The position numbers and the translations under genes are program-made. From NCBI GenBank assembly GCA_963783375.1, contig CAWANH010000029.1:160001-224000 (forward strand): a DNA stretch of 64,000 nucleotides. The letters are read 5' to 3'. Of the stretch, positions 12,155 to 20,693 are shown one piece after another. Positions within the stretch are counted from its first letter, which is position 1. Each line of letters starts with the position of its first letter. A model generated the notes under the pieces. That model worked only from the letters and a program-made list of their open reading frames with translations, did no database searches and was not told where the DNA came from. The DNA is from Candidatus Eiseniibacteriota bacterium (lineage in GTDB: Bacteria > Eisenbacteria > RBG-16-71-46 > JABDJR01).

Positions 12155-13748
12155 GTCCCGCGTTTCTCCCGGGTACGGTGTGCCGGGCCAGCGCTGGCTG
12201 GCCCCGGCGCGCCTGGCCGCCGCCATCCTGCTCCTGGGGCTGACCCTGTTCGCGGGGGATGGCTACCGGTGGCCGGGGTTGGTCTACCTGGCCGCGGGAA
12301 TAGCGGGAGCGACCGCGCTCCTGGGGGGGTGGGTCCGTGGCGGCAGGAACGTGATCAGCCTGCTGTTCCTGGCCGATCTGGGATGGATCGGCCTGGCGGT
12401 GGTGGCCAGCGGGAGTCCCGAGGTGGGGTTCACCCTCCTCTTTCCCCTGGTGGCGTTCGGGGCGGGTCTTACCGTGGGAGGGAAACGGGCGCTGGGCCTG
12501 AGCCTTCTCGCCGGGGCCGCCCTGGTGGTTTCGGTCACCCGGCTTTCCGTGCCCCCCGCCGACCCGGCGTGGCTGGCCGTGCAGGGGCTCCTGGTCCTGG
12601 TGCTGGGGGTGGTGAGCGACCGCACCCGGGCGCTGTTGCTCTCGAGGGAGCGGGCGCTGGTCCACGCCTCCCGGGCCCTGGAGCGGATGAGGCTGGACAC
12701 CGACACCATCGTCCAGAACCTGGGAAGCGGTCTTCTGAGCCTGGATCGCGTCGGCTGTGTGGGGCACCTCAATCGGGCGGCGGAGGAGACCCTGGCGATT
12801 TCCGCGGAGAAAGTGCGGGGGAAGCGCTGTGTCGAGGCGCTTCCCGACTACCTGGCTCCGCTCCGGGATCTGGTCCTTTCCAGCCTGGCCGAGGGACGGT
12901 CCGCCCTCCGGTGCGAGATGGATCTTCTGGTGGACGGCCGCCGGGTGCCGCTCGGGGTGAGCACCACCATCCTCTACGGCGCCGAGGGCGAGACGACCGG
13001 GGTGGTGGCGCTCTTCCAGGACCTGACCGAGGTGCGCCGCCAGGAGGCCCTGGACCGCCGCCGGGACCGTCTGGCCGCGGTGGGCGAGCTGGCCGCGGGA
13101 ATCGCCCACGAGATCCGGAACAGCGTCCTTCCCCTGGGAGGATCGGTGCAGATCCTGGCCCAGGAGCTGACCCTGGATGCCGAACAGAAGAAGCTTTTCG
13201 AGGTCATCAGCCGGGAAATGGAGAACGTGGAGCGATTCGTCGGCGCGCTCCTCTCCTACACCCGGACCCAGACCCTCCACGCGAACCGGGTGGATCTCCG
13301 CGCCCTGGCCCGGGAAGCCGCGGATGAAATCCGGCTTTCCCGCCCGGACCCACCGGTGGTGGAGACCCGCGAGGGCGAGGCCTGGGCCTGGGGCGACGCC
13401 GACCAGCTTCGCCAGGCGGTACGGAACCTGGCCCTGAACGCCGCCGACGCCGCCGGGGACGCGGGGAAGGTGTTTCTTTCCAGCGGGTCGGCCGCCGATG
13501 GCCGGCCCTGGATCGAGGTGGAGGACGACGGTCCCGGCGTTCCCGCCGCCGACCGGGACAGGGTGTTTCAGCCCTTCTTCACCACCAAGCCGGGGGGGAC
13601 GGGTCTGGGCTTGGCCATAGTCGCCCGGATCACCGAGGACCACGGCGGCCAGCTCCAGCTTCTCGATTCGGCGCTGGGCGGGGCCCGTTTTCGCATGGTG
13701 CTCTCGGAACCGGCCGAAGACCCGTCGCTCCTGACGACGGCGGCCTGA
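12141..13748 (+). CDS. pilS: PilS-like membrane sensor histidine kinase (start uncertain)
   Basis: Multiple TMs, PAS domain, H-box AAGIAHEIRN, NLALNA, DDGPG, FFTTK..GTGLGL; lies between pilC and pilR. Confidence 0.85.
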   Translation: MERTRSRVSPGYGVPGQRWLAPARLAAAILLLGLTLFAGDGYRWPGLVYLAAGIAGATALLGGWVRGGRNVISLLFLADLGWIGLAVVASGSPEVGFTLLFPLVAFGAGLTVGGKRALGLSLLAGAALVVSVTRLSVPPADPAWLAVQGLLVLVLGVVSDRTRALLLSRERALVHASRALERMRLDTDTIVQNLGSGLLSLDRVGCVGHLNRAAEETLAISAEKVRGKRCVEALPDYLAPLRDLVLSSLAEGRSALRCEMDLLVDGRRVPLGVSTTILYGAEGETTGVVALFQDLTEVRRQEALDRRRDRLAAVGELAAGIAHEIRNSVLPLGGSVQILAQELTLDAEQKKLFEVISREMENVERFVGALLSYTRTQTLHANRVDLRALAREAADEIRLSRPDPPVVETREGEAWAWGDADQLRQAVRNLALNAADAAGDAGKVFLSSGSAADGRPWIEVEDDGPGVPAADRDRVFQPFFTTKPGGTGLGLAIVARITEDHGGQLQLLDSALGGARFRMVLSEPAEDPSLLTTAA

Positions 13749-13781
13749 GTGTTGGCTTCGACGACGAAAGGACTCTAGGAG

Positions 13782-15191
13782 ATGGCGCAAGAAAAGATCC
13801 TGGTGGTGGACGACGAACAGAGCATGATCCAGTTCCTCTCCGCCCTGCTCCGGCGCGAGGGGTACGAGGTACTCGCCGCCCGCTCCGGAGCCGAGGCGCT
13901 GGACGTCGCCCGGGAGCACGCGCCCGATGTGGTCATCACCGACATCAAGATGCCCGGTATGGACGGGTTGGCGCTCCTGGAAAGCCTCAAGCAGCAGGAC
14001 GAGAGCCTTCCGGTGATCATCATGACCGCCTACGCGTCCCAGAAGTCGGCCATCGATGCCTTGAACCTGGGGGCGTTCCAGTACATGGAGAAGCACGCCA
14101 AGAACGACGAGATCAAGCTGGCGGTGCGAAACGCCCTGGAGATGCGGAAGGTCCGTTCGGAGAACTCGTACCTCAAGCGCCAGCTCAAGAAGAGCCACGC
14201 CACCAAGGAGATCATCGGGAAGTCGGACCAGATGATGCAGGTGTTCAAGATGGTGGACAAGGTGGCCGAGACCGACTCCACCATCCTCATCTCCGGCGAA
14301 TCCGGCACCGGGAAGGAGCTGATCGCCCGGGAAATCCACTACCGGAGCCGCCGCTCCGGCGGGTCCTTCGTCTCCATCAATTGCGGGGCCCTGCCCAAGG
14401 ATCTCCTGGAGTCCAATCTCTTCGGGCACGTCAAGGGGTCCTTCACCGGTGCGGTGCGCGACCAGTTGGGGCTCTTCCAGGTGGCGGAGGGAGGCACGTT
14501 CTTCCTGGACGAGGTGGGGGAGACGCAGCCGGCCACGCAGGTGAAGCTCCTGCGCGCGCTCCAGGAGCGGGAGATCATACCGGTGGGCGGAACCAAGCCG
14601 ATCAAGATCGACGTGCGCCTGGTGGCCGCGACCAATTCCGACCTGGAGCGGGACGTCCGCGAGGGCCGGTTCCGCACCGACCTCTACTACCGTTTGAACG
14701 TGATCCCGCTCCGCCTGCCGTCGCTCCGCCAGCGGCTGGACGACATCCCGATCCTGGCCGACCACTTTCTCCGGCGGTTCCCGGGCCCCAACGGCCTGAA
14801 GCGCCTCAGCAAGCAGTGCCTGGAGGTTCTGGGCCGGTACAACTGGCCCGGGAACGTCCGTGAGCTGGAGAACGTGATCGAGCGGGCGGTGATCCTCTCC
14901 GAGTCGGACGAGATCGACGTGGAGGACCTTCCGGAGAAGGTGGTGCGTGGGGACGCCACCCGGGGGAGCCTGGTGATCGACCAGCCCGACTTCACCCTCG
15001 AGGAACTGGAACGGGAGTACATCCTCAAGGTGCTGGAGCACACCGGCTGGCAGAAGAAGCGGGCCTCGGACATCCTGGGGATCAACGCCTCCACTCTCTA
15101 CCGGAAGCTCCAGGCCTACAAGGCCCAGGGCCTGATCGCGGAAGGGGCGGATCACGAGGGAGACGACGAGATCCTGGACGCGGCCGCCTAG
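13782..15191 (+). CDS. pilR: Sigma54-dependent response regulator (PilR/NtrC family)
   Basis: REC domain (VVDDE, TDIKMP), GESGTGKE, LFGHVKGSFTGA, WPGNVRELEN and Fis-type HTH. Confidence 0.88.
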   Translation: MAQEKILVVDDEQSMIQFLSALLRREGYEVLAARSGAEALDVAREHAPDVVITDIKMPGMDGLALLESLKQQDESLPVIIMTAYASQKSAIDALNLGAFQYMEKHAKNDEIKLAVRNALEMRKVRSENSYLKRQLKKSHATKEIIGKSDQMMQVFKMVDKVAETDSTILISGESGTGKELIAREIHYRSRRSGGSFVSINCGALPKDLLESNLFGHVKGSFTGAVRDQLGLFQVAEGGTFFLDEVGETQPATQVKLLRALQEREIIPVGGTKPIKIDVRLVAATNSDLERDVREGRFRTDLYYRLNVIPLRLPSLRQRLDDIPILADHFLRRFPGPNGLKRLSKQCLEVLGRYNWPGNVRELENVIERAVILSESDEIDVEDLPEKVVRGDATRGSLVIDQPDFTLEELEREYILKVLEHTGWQKKRASDILGINASTLYRKLQAYKAQGLIAEGADHEGDDEILDAAA

Positions 15192-15223
15192 CCGGGCCGA
15201 TCGCTCCATCGCTCCATCGATTC

Positions 15224-15256
15224 GGCGCCCCGGAAGACCCTTCCGGGGCGCCTTTG
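15224..15256 (+). terminator. Hairpin terminator after pilR
   Basis: 13-bp stem GGCGCCCCGGAAG-ACC-CTTCCGGGGCGCC followed by TTT. Confidence 0.6.
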
Positions 15257-15434
15257 CATGTGAGCCGGACGCTCGCATGCACCCTGCACGATCATGCAAC
15301 CGGCATGCGCGGGATGCACGACGCACGAAAAGACGGGCCCCCGGGGCGTCCGGCGGCGGACGAGCCCGGGTTTGAGGTTCCGCAACCGTCGACCGGACAA
15401 CGAATTGAAAAAAAGAAATTCGGACCGTGACGCT

Positions 15435-15450
15435 TGGCACAGCGAGTGCA
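15435..15450 (+). promoter_or_regulatory. Sigma54 -24/-12 promoter of pilA
   Basis: TGGCAC-AGCGA-GTGCA with GG-N10-GC spacing; A-tract at 15407-15418; several TGCA/GCATG words at 15253-15320 as candidate activator sites. Confidence 0.8.
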
Positions 15451-15561
15451 ATTACCTGGTGCCGTCACTGGTTTCGAGCTCAAGTAGGTCGCTCGGAAGC
15501 CGAAAAACCCAGACAGAGTCAACCACCCGGTTCACAAAGTCTGCTTCAGGAGGTCAAATCC

Positions 15562-15987
15562 ATGCTTCGGAATTCCAAGGGTTTCACCCTGATCGAGCTG
15601 ATGATCGTCGTGGTCATCATCGGGATCCTGGCGGCCATCGCCATCCCGAACTTCATCTCCATGCAGGACCGTGCCCGTGAGGGCAGCGTGAAGGCCAACA
15701 TGCACACCATCCAGCTCGCGACCGAGGACTTCGCGGTCCAGAGCAACGGCGTGTATCCGACCGCGGCCGCCGACGCCACCCCCAACGGCGACACCGTTGT
15801 GGATCTCTGCGCCAACGGCGTGTATCCGAACAACCCCTTCACCGGCGCCGCCACCGCGGTCAGCTGGGGTGCCGCCCCGGCGGCCCAGGGCGAGGTCGGG
15901 TTCAGCACCGCCACCACGACCCAGTACGTGATCCAGGGTTATGGGAAGAGCGCGCTTCTGAGCCTGCAGCTCACCAACGGTTCCTAG
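15562..15987 (+). CDS. pilA: Major type IVa pilin
   Basis: AGGAGG RBS; MLRNSKG|FTLIELMIVVVIIGILAAIAIPNF; own sigma54 promoter and terminator. Confidence 0.93.
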   Translation: MLRNSKGFTLIELMIVVVIIGILAAIAIPNFISMQDRAREGSVKANMHTIQLATEDFAVQSNGVYPTAAADATPNGDTVVDLCANGVYPNNPFTGAATAVSWGAAPAAQGEVGFSTATTTQYVIQGYGKSALLSLQLTNGS

Positions 15988-16004
15988 TCCTGACCTGATC
16001 GTTC

Positions 16005-16045
16005 GAAGCGGCGGCGGGGCCCATCGGGTCCCGCCGCTTCTCTTT
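16005..16045 (+). terminator. Intrinsic terminator after pilA
   Basis: GAAGCGGCGG...CCGCCGCTTC stem followed by TCTTT. Confidence 0.7.
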
Positions 16046-16088
16046 GCCCGGCGGGCGGCGGGAACCGGCGGAGCGATCGGCGCCCGGG

Positions 16089-16116
16089 TCAAGTTCCGGC
16101 TGAGATCAGCCGATAA
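16089..16116 (+). promoter_or_regulatory. Sigma28-like promoter upstream of the pilus ABC-transporter operon
   Basis: TCAAGTTCCGGCTGAGATCAGCCGATAA (TCAA-N16-GCCGATAA). Confidence 0.6.
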
Positions 16117-16153
16117 CCCATCCGGTGACGCTCGTCTCGAAGGGGGAGGATAC

Positions 16154-17158
16154 ATGCCCATGCCCGCGCTCTCCATACACACCGCGCCGGCCCGGGCCGC
16201 GGCGATCTCCGTGGCCCGGCTGGCCAAGACCTATCGCGATTCCTGGGGGCGGCGGATCGTTGCCCTCCGGGACGTGACCTTCTCGGTGGCCCCGGGGGAG
16301 ATCTTCGGTCTCCTCGGTCCCAACGGGGCGGGGAAGTCCACCACCCTCAAGATCATGCTCGGTCTCCTCCCGCCCACCTCCGGGCTGGGTACCCTGCTGG
16401 GCAAGAAGCTCGGGGACGTGGCCACGCGCCGGCGCCTCGGATTTCTGCCCGAAAACCCCTACTTCTACGACTACCTGACCGCCCGGGAATTCCTGGACAC
16501 CTGCGCCGAGCTCACCTCCATGCCCCGGGCCGGCCGGCGGGACCGGATCGAGGGGACCCTCGCCCGGGTGGGGCTCGACCCGGGCGAGAACCGCCGGCTC
16601 CGGAAGTTCTCCAAGGGGATGCTCCAGCGGGTGGGTCTGGCCCAGGCCATCCTTCATGATCCGGAGCTGGTGATCCTGGACGAGCCGATGTCCGGGCTCG
16701 ATCCGGTGGGCCGGCGCCAGGTGCACGATCTCATCCTGGAGCTCAAGGCGCGGGGAAAGACGGTGATCTTCTCCTCCCACGTGCTTCCCGACGTGGAGGC
16801 GGTCTGCGATCGGGTGGGGATCCTGGTGGAGGGCGTCCTCCGCCGGACCGGCTCGGTCCGGGACCTGGTGAGGAGCGACCAGGCCGATTTCGAGATCGAG
16901 GCGCGGGACCTTCCCGCCTCGCTCTGGCAGAGCTGGTCCGCGGAAGGGATCGCCCGGAAGACCGGCGACCGGACGGTGGTGACCGCCCCGGGCCGGGTGG
17001 AGATGGAGGAGCGGGTCCAGCAGGTGATCCGCTCGGGAGCGGCCCTCCTGGCCGTCCGGCCGATGCACGCCTCCCTGGAGGACGTGTTCCTGGCCGAGAT
17101 CCGGGAACCCGCTCCCCCCGCGGACCCGGGGCATCACGAGAGGAGGGGCGCGGCATGA
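16154..17158 (+). CDS. ABC transporter ATP-binding protein, pilus-associated (Myxococcus PilH-like)
   Basis: GPNGAGKST, FSKGMLQR, LDEPMSGLDP and SSH motifs; directly after pilA. Confidence 0.88.
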   Translation: MPMPALSIHTAPARAAAISVARLAKTYRDSWGRRIVALRDVTFSVAPGEIFGLLGPNGAGKSTTLKIMLGLLPPTSGLGTLLGKKLGDVATRRRLGFLPENPYFYDYLTAREFLDTCAELTSMPRAGRRDRIEGTLARVGLDPGENRRLRKFSKGMLQRVGLAQAILHDPELVILDEPMSGLDPVGRRQVHDLILELKARGKTVIFSSHVLPDVEAVCDRVGILVEGVLRRTGSVRDLVRSDQADFEIEARDLPASLWQSWSAEGIARKTGDRTVVTAPGRVEMEERVQQVIRSGAALLAVRPMHASLEDVFLAEIREPAPPADPGHHERRGAA

Positions 17159-17919
17159 GGACCCTGGCCATCGCCCGGAACACCTTTCGAGAGGCCCTGC
17201 GGGACCGGGTCCACTGGATCCTCATTCTCTACGCGGTGGTGGTGGTGGGCGGCGCCTTCGTCCTGAGTCCGCTCTCCATGGGGGAGGGTGGCCGGGTCAC
17301 CCGCGACCTCGGTCTGGCCGCGATCTCGTTGGTGGGGGCGCTCCTCATCATCCTGGTGGGGGCGGGCCTGGTGCAGAAGGAGATCGAGCGCCGGACGGTC
17401 CTCACCGTCCTGGCCAAGCCGCTCCACCGCCCGGAATTCCTGGTGGGAAAATACCTCGGCATGCTGGGGATGGTGGTGGTGGTGTTCGTCCAGATGGTCG
17501 CGCTCCTGGTGGCGGTGATCTGGATCCGGGACCGGACGGTGACCCCGGCGGTCCTGGTCGCGGCCGGGTTCACCCTCGGGGAGCTCACGGTCATGACCGC
17601 GGTGGTGGTGGCGTTCTCGTCCTTCGTCTCGCCGGCGCTCTCCGGCGTCTTCACCCTGGCCGTGTTCGTGTTCGGGCATTTCGCGGGGGATCTTCTCCGG
17701 TTCGCCGACCGGGCCCCGTCCGTGATCCTGGCCGGGGCGGCCAAAGGGGTCTACTTCATCCTTCCCCATCTGAGCCTCTTCAATCTCCGGGCCGAGGCCG
17801 CCTACGGCATTCTCCCCGATCCGGGCCGGGTGGCGGCGGCGGCGATCTACGCGGTGCTCTACAGCGCCAGTCTCCTCGCCGTGGCCTCGGTGATCTTCTC
17901 CCGGAGGGAATTCCGATGA
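17155..17919 (+). CDS. ABC-2-type permease, pilus-associated (Myxococcus PilI-like)
   Basis: IARNTFREALRDR, EIERRT..LAKP..R.EFLVGKY, C-terminal FSRREF; about six TMs. Confidence 0.85.
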   Translation: MRTLAIARNTFREALRDRVHWILILYAVVVVGGAFVLSPLSMGEGGRVTRDLGLAAISLVGALLIILVGAGLVQKEIERRTVLTVLAKPLHRPEFLVGKYLGMLGMVVVVFVQMVALLVAVIWIRDRTVTPAVLVAAGFTLGELTVMTAVVVAFSSFVSPALSGVFTLAVFVFGHFAGDLLRFADRAPSVILAGAAKGVYFILPHLSLFNLRAEAAYGILPDPGRVAAAAIYAVLYSASLLAVASVIFSRREFR

Positions 17920-18656
17920 GGTTCCGGCCCGCCGCGGCGGGGCTCGCCCTGGCCGCCGTTCTCTGGGGCCTGGCGGTGACGGTGTCGCCCCGGGCCGAGG
18001 CCGACCGCGCGCACGGGCAGGAGCTCCTCTACTATCCCAACGGACAGTTCCTGAAGGAGGCCGCTCTCGGGTACGACCAGGCCGCCTCCACGATGGCCTG
18101 GCTGCGCACCGTCCAGTACTATGGCGAGCACAAGCGGGGGGACCAGGAGTTCGACTACATGTATCATCTCTGTGACGTGGTCACGGATCTGGATCCTCAC
18201 TTCGAGGAGCCCTACATCTTCGGGTCCTTCGTCCTCCACTCCGAGGGCGGACGCCCGGCGGAAGGGATGGATCTCCTGGCCAAGGCCCGGCGGGCGAACC
18301 CCGATTCCTGGCGGATCCTGTTCGAGACCGGATTCGAGAACTACATCTTCTGGAACCGCTACGCCGAGGCGACGCGCTACTTCCAGGCCGCCGCGGTCAA
18401 GCCCGGGGCCCCGGAGTACACGACCCGGTTCGCGGCCTACGTGGCGCAGAAGGCCGGAGAGCTCGAGACCTCGGCCCTGCTCTGGAAGGAAATGGCCCAG
18501 CGCACCGACAACCCCAAGCTCCGGGATCTGGCCCTCGAGCGGGCCGGGGAGATCGAGGCCAGGATCGCGGGGCGGGACGCCGGGACGGGCGCCGCGAACC
18601 CCGGCGCGAAGCCCGGCGCGAAGGAGAGCCCGGACACCTTGGGAACCGACCGGTGA
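17916..18656 (+). CDS. Pilus-associated TPR-like accessory protein (PilG/XapA-like)
   Basis: N-terminal TM; LGY....S..WLR.VQYYG and TDLDPHF motifs; helical repeats; in the same operon as the ABC genes. Confidence 0.65.
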   Translation: MRFRPAAAGLALAAVLWGLAVTVSPRAEADRAHGQELLYYPNGQFLKEAALGYDQAASTMAWLRTVQYYGEHKRGDQEFDYMYHLCDVVTDLDPHFEEPYIFGSFVLHSEGGRPAEGMDLLAKARRANPDSWRILFETGFENYIFWNRYAEATRYFQAAAVKPGAPEYTTRFAAYVAQKAGELETSALLWKEMAQRTDNPKLRDLALERAGEIEARIAGRDAGTGAANPGAKPGAKESPDTLGTDR

Positions 18657-19441
18657 CCCTCGCCATGTATCCGATCTGGTTCGTCCTGGCCGCCACCGGT
18701 CTCTTCGGTGCGGTCCTGGGTTCGTTCCTGAACGTCTGTGTCTACCGCATCCCGCGGGGGCTCTCGGTGGTTTCCCCCCCTTCCGCCTGCCCGAGCTGCG
18801 GGAAGAGGATCGCCCCCTACGACAACGTCCCCGTCCTGGCCTGGCTCTGGCTCGGGGGAAAGTGCCGGAGCTGCCGGAGCGCCATCTCTCCGCGCTACCC
18901 GGTGGTGGAGGCGCTCACCGCCGCGGTGTTCCTCGGCCTGGGCTGGCGCTACGGGCTCCGGTGGGAGCTTCTTCCCGCGCTCTACTTCGCCGCGGCCATG
19001 ATCGCGGTCACCCTGATCGACTTCGACGCCCGCATCATCCCCGACGCCATCACCCTTCCCGGTATCCCCCTGGGGATTCTGGCCGCCCTGGTGACCCCGG
19101 TCACCGTGCCGAGCGCGGTGATCGGCGCCGCCCTGGGCTTCGCGCTCCTCTGGGGGCTCGGCTGGGCCTACCGCCGCGCCACCGGGATCGACGGCATGGG
19201 TGGGGGCGACGTCAAGCTCGCGGCCATGCTGGGGGCGTTCCTGGGCTGGCCGGGACTCATCCTCACCGTGTTCGGGGCCTCGTTCCTGGGCACGGTCACC
19301 GGGGTGGCGATGATGGCCCGGGGGCGGGGGGGACGACGCACCGCGCTTCCCTTCGGCACCTTCCTGGCTCCGGTGGGCCTCCTGGTCTACGTCTGGGGCC
19401 CCCAGATCATCCACTGGTACCTCGCCTTCTCCCGGCGATAG
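18653..19441 (+). CDS. pilD: Prepilin peptidase/N-methyltransferase
   Basis: GSFLNVC.YRIP, CPSC..CRSC, IDFD and GMGGGDVKL catalytic aspartates, PFG. Confidence 0.96.
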   Translation: MTLAMYPIWFVLAATGLFGAVLGSFLNVCVYRIPRGLSVVSPPSACPSCGKRIAPYDNVPVLAWLWLGGKCRSCRSAISPRYPVVEALTAAVFLGLGWRYGLRWELLPALYFAAAMIAVTLIDFDARIIPDAITLPGIPLGILAALVTPVTVPSAVIGAALGFALLWGLGWAYRRATGIDGMGGGDVKLAAMLGAFLGWPGLILTVFGASFLGTVTGVAMMARGRGGRRTALPFGTFLAPVGLLVYVWGPQIIHWYLAFSRR

Positions 19442-19645
19442 GGGAGAGGACGCCGAGGCCGCTCCGGGCCTTTCCGGCGCCGTTTCCGGGACCGCGGCGA
19501 CCGGCTGAGACGGGCCGCGGTTGCGCCAAATGACCTCGTCCCTCTCCCCACTCGTCCCGCCTTCCATCAAGACCCTCCCCCCGGACGCCGAAGTCTGGGT
19601 TGCGGATTTCACGGTCGGACCGCGCAGACTGCGCTCCGGGTGACC

Positions 19646-19658
19646 TAACCCATTGATT
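19646..19658 (-). promoter_or_regulatory. IHF binding site
   Basis: Minus strand AATCAA-TGGG-TTA matches WATCAANNNNTTR, about 65 bp upstream of a sigma54 promoter. Confidence 0.6.
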
Positions 19659-19721
19659 CACCGTGGGTCTAACCCTCGCTCTTTGAGACGGTTGGTGGGT
19701 AGGTCGCTCGAACCCGATCGA

Positions 19722-19736
19722 TGGCACTGGTCTTGC
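19722..19736 (+). promoter_or_regulatory. Sigma54 promoter of the minor-pilin operon
   Basis: TGGCAC-TGGTC-TTGC, a perfect -24/-12 consensus. Confidence 0.85.
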
Positions 19737-19790
19737 CTGCTAAGGGGGCGGCAAACCCTGTGCGGAGATCCATGACTCCGGGAGGTCCCT

Positions 19791-20270
19791 ATGCGTACGC
19801 CGAGCCGGGAGGCCGGCTTCTCGATGGTCGAGATTCTGGTGGTGCTCCTGATTCTGGGCATCACCCTGGCCGCGAGCGTCCCCGCGTTCACCCGGTACCT
19901 GGCTTCCAGCACCCTGGACAACGCCGGCTCGGAGTTCGCGGGACGGCTCCGGTTGGCCCGTCAGACCGCGGTGGCCCAGGAAGTGCCCCAGATCGTGTCC
20001 TGGGACACCGTCGCCAAAACCTACACCATCGTCTCCGACACCAACGGCGACGGGATCGTCCAGGGGGGCGAACCGATTCTGGGTCCGTTCACCCTTCCCG
20101 ACGGCATCGACCTGGCCAACGACACCGGCGATCCGTTCGGCGGCACGACCCTGACCTTCAACGCCAACGGGAGCGCCTCCGAATCGGGATCGATGGTTCT
20201 CTCCAACGCCAAGAACGGATCGGTAACTCTTTCGGTCCTGTCGCCCACCGGGCAGGTCCGCCTGCATTGA
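19791..20270 (+). CDS. Minor pilin, FimT/FimU (GspH) type
   Basis: GGAGG RBS; EAG|FSMVEILVVL; LRLARQTAV; TFNANG; C-terminal TGQV. Confidence 0.85.
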   Translation: MRTPSREAGFSMVEILVVLLILGITLAASVPAFTRYLASSTLDNAGSEFAGRLRLARQTAVAQEVPQIVSWDTVAKTYTIVSDTNGDGIVQGGEPILGPFTLPDGIDLANDTGDPFGGTTLTFNANGSASESGSMVLSNAKNGSVTLSVLSPTGQVRLH

Positions 20271-20281
20271 GGGAGATCGTC

Positions 20282-20677
20282 ATGCGGAAATTTCGACGGC
20301 ATCGGCTCGGGTCGAACCGGGAAGGGTTCAGCCTGATCGAGGTGATGATCGCCCTGACCTTCCTGGGCATCGGCCTCCTGGCCATCGCCCAGCTCATCCC
20401 TCTGGGGATGGCGGGGATCAGCGAGGCCCGGGTGCGCACCATCGCCGTGCAATCCGCGCAGCAGCGCATGGACGAGCTCAAGGTGAGCTCGTTCTCCTCG
20501 CCCGCCCTCACCGCCGGCACCTACACCGAGACCGCCGGCCGGTACACCATGAATTGGACGGTCACCGACGACGATCCGGTGCCGGGCAGCAAGCGCATCG
20601 ACATGACCGCAACCTGGCCGCATTTGAGCGGCACCCGGTCGGCCCGGTTGACCACCTACGTGACCGCACGTCGTTAG
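20282..20677 (+). CDS. Minor pilin, PilV type
   Basis: ATG at 20282; REG|FSLIEVMIAL..IGLLAIA; AQQRMDEL. Confidence 0.85.
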   Translation: MRKFRRHRLGSNREGFSLIEVMIALTFLGIGLLAIAQLIPLGMAGISEARVRTIAVQSAQQRMDELKVSSFSSPALTAGTYTETAGRYTMNWTVTDDDPVPGSKRIDMTATWPHLSGTRSARLTTYVTARR

Positions 20678-20693
20678 GGAAGGAGTCATCACC

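Noticed and set aside
13746-13770. Sigma28-like motif before pilR (TGAG..GACGAAAG)
   Set aside because: Poor match and short spacing; pilR is probably co-transcribed with pilS.
15200-15219. ATCGCTCC x2.5 micro-repeat after pilR
   Set aside because: Too short to distinguish from chance or local slippage.
12117-15440. Long antisense or alternate-frame ORFs (this 1107-aa ORF, 55064-56989, 7880-9610 and many others)
   Set aside because: Shadows of real genes in high-GC DNA; no recognisable motifs and skewed composition.
15562-15987. Geobacter-type conductive e-pilin
   Set aside because: Full-length 134-aa mature pilin; position 27 is Met rather than Tyr, with only about 10 F/Y/W residues and long aromatic-free gaps.
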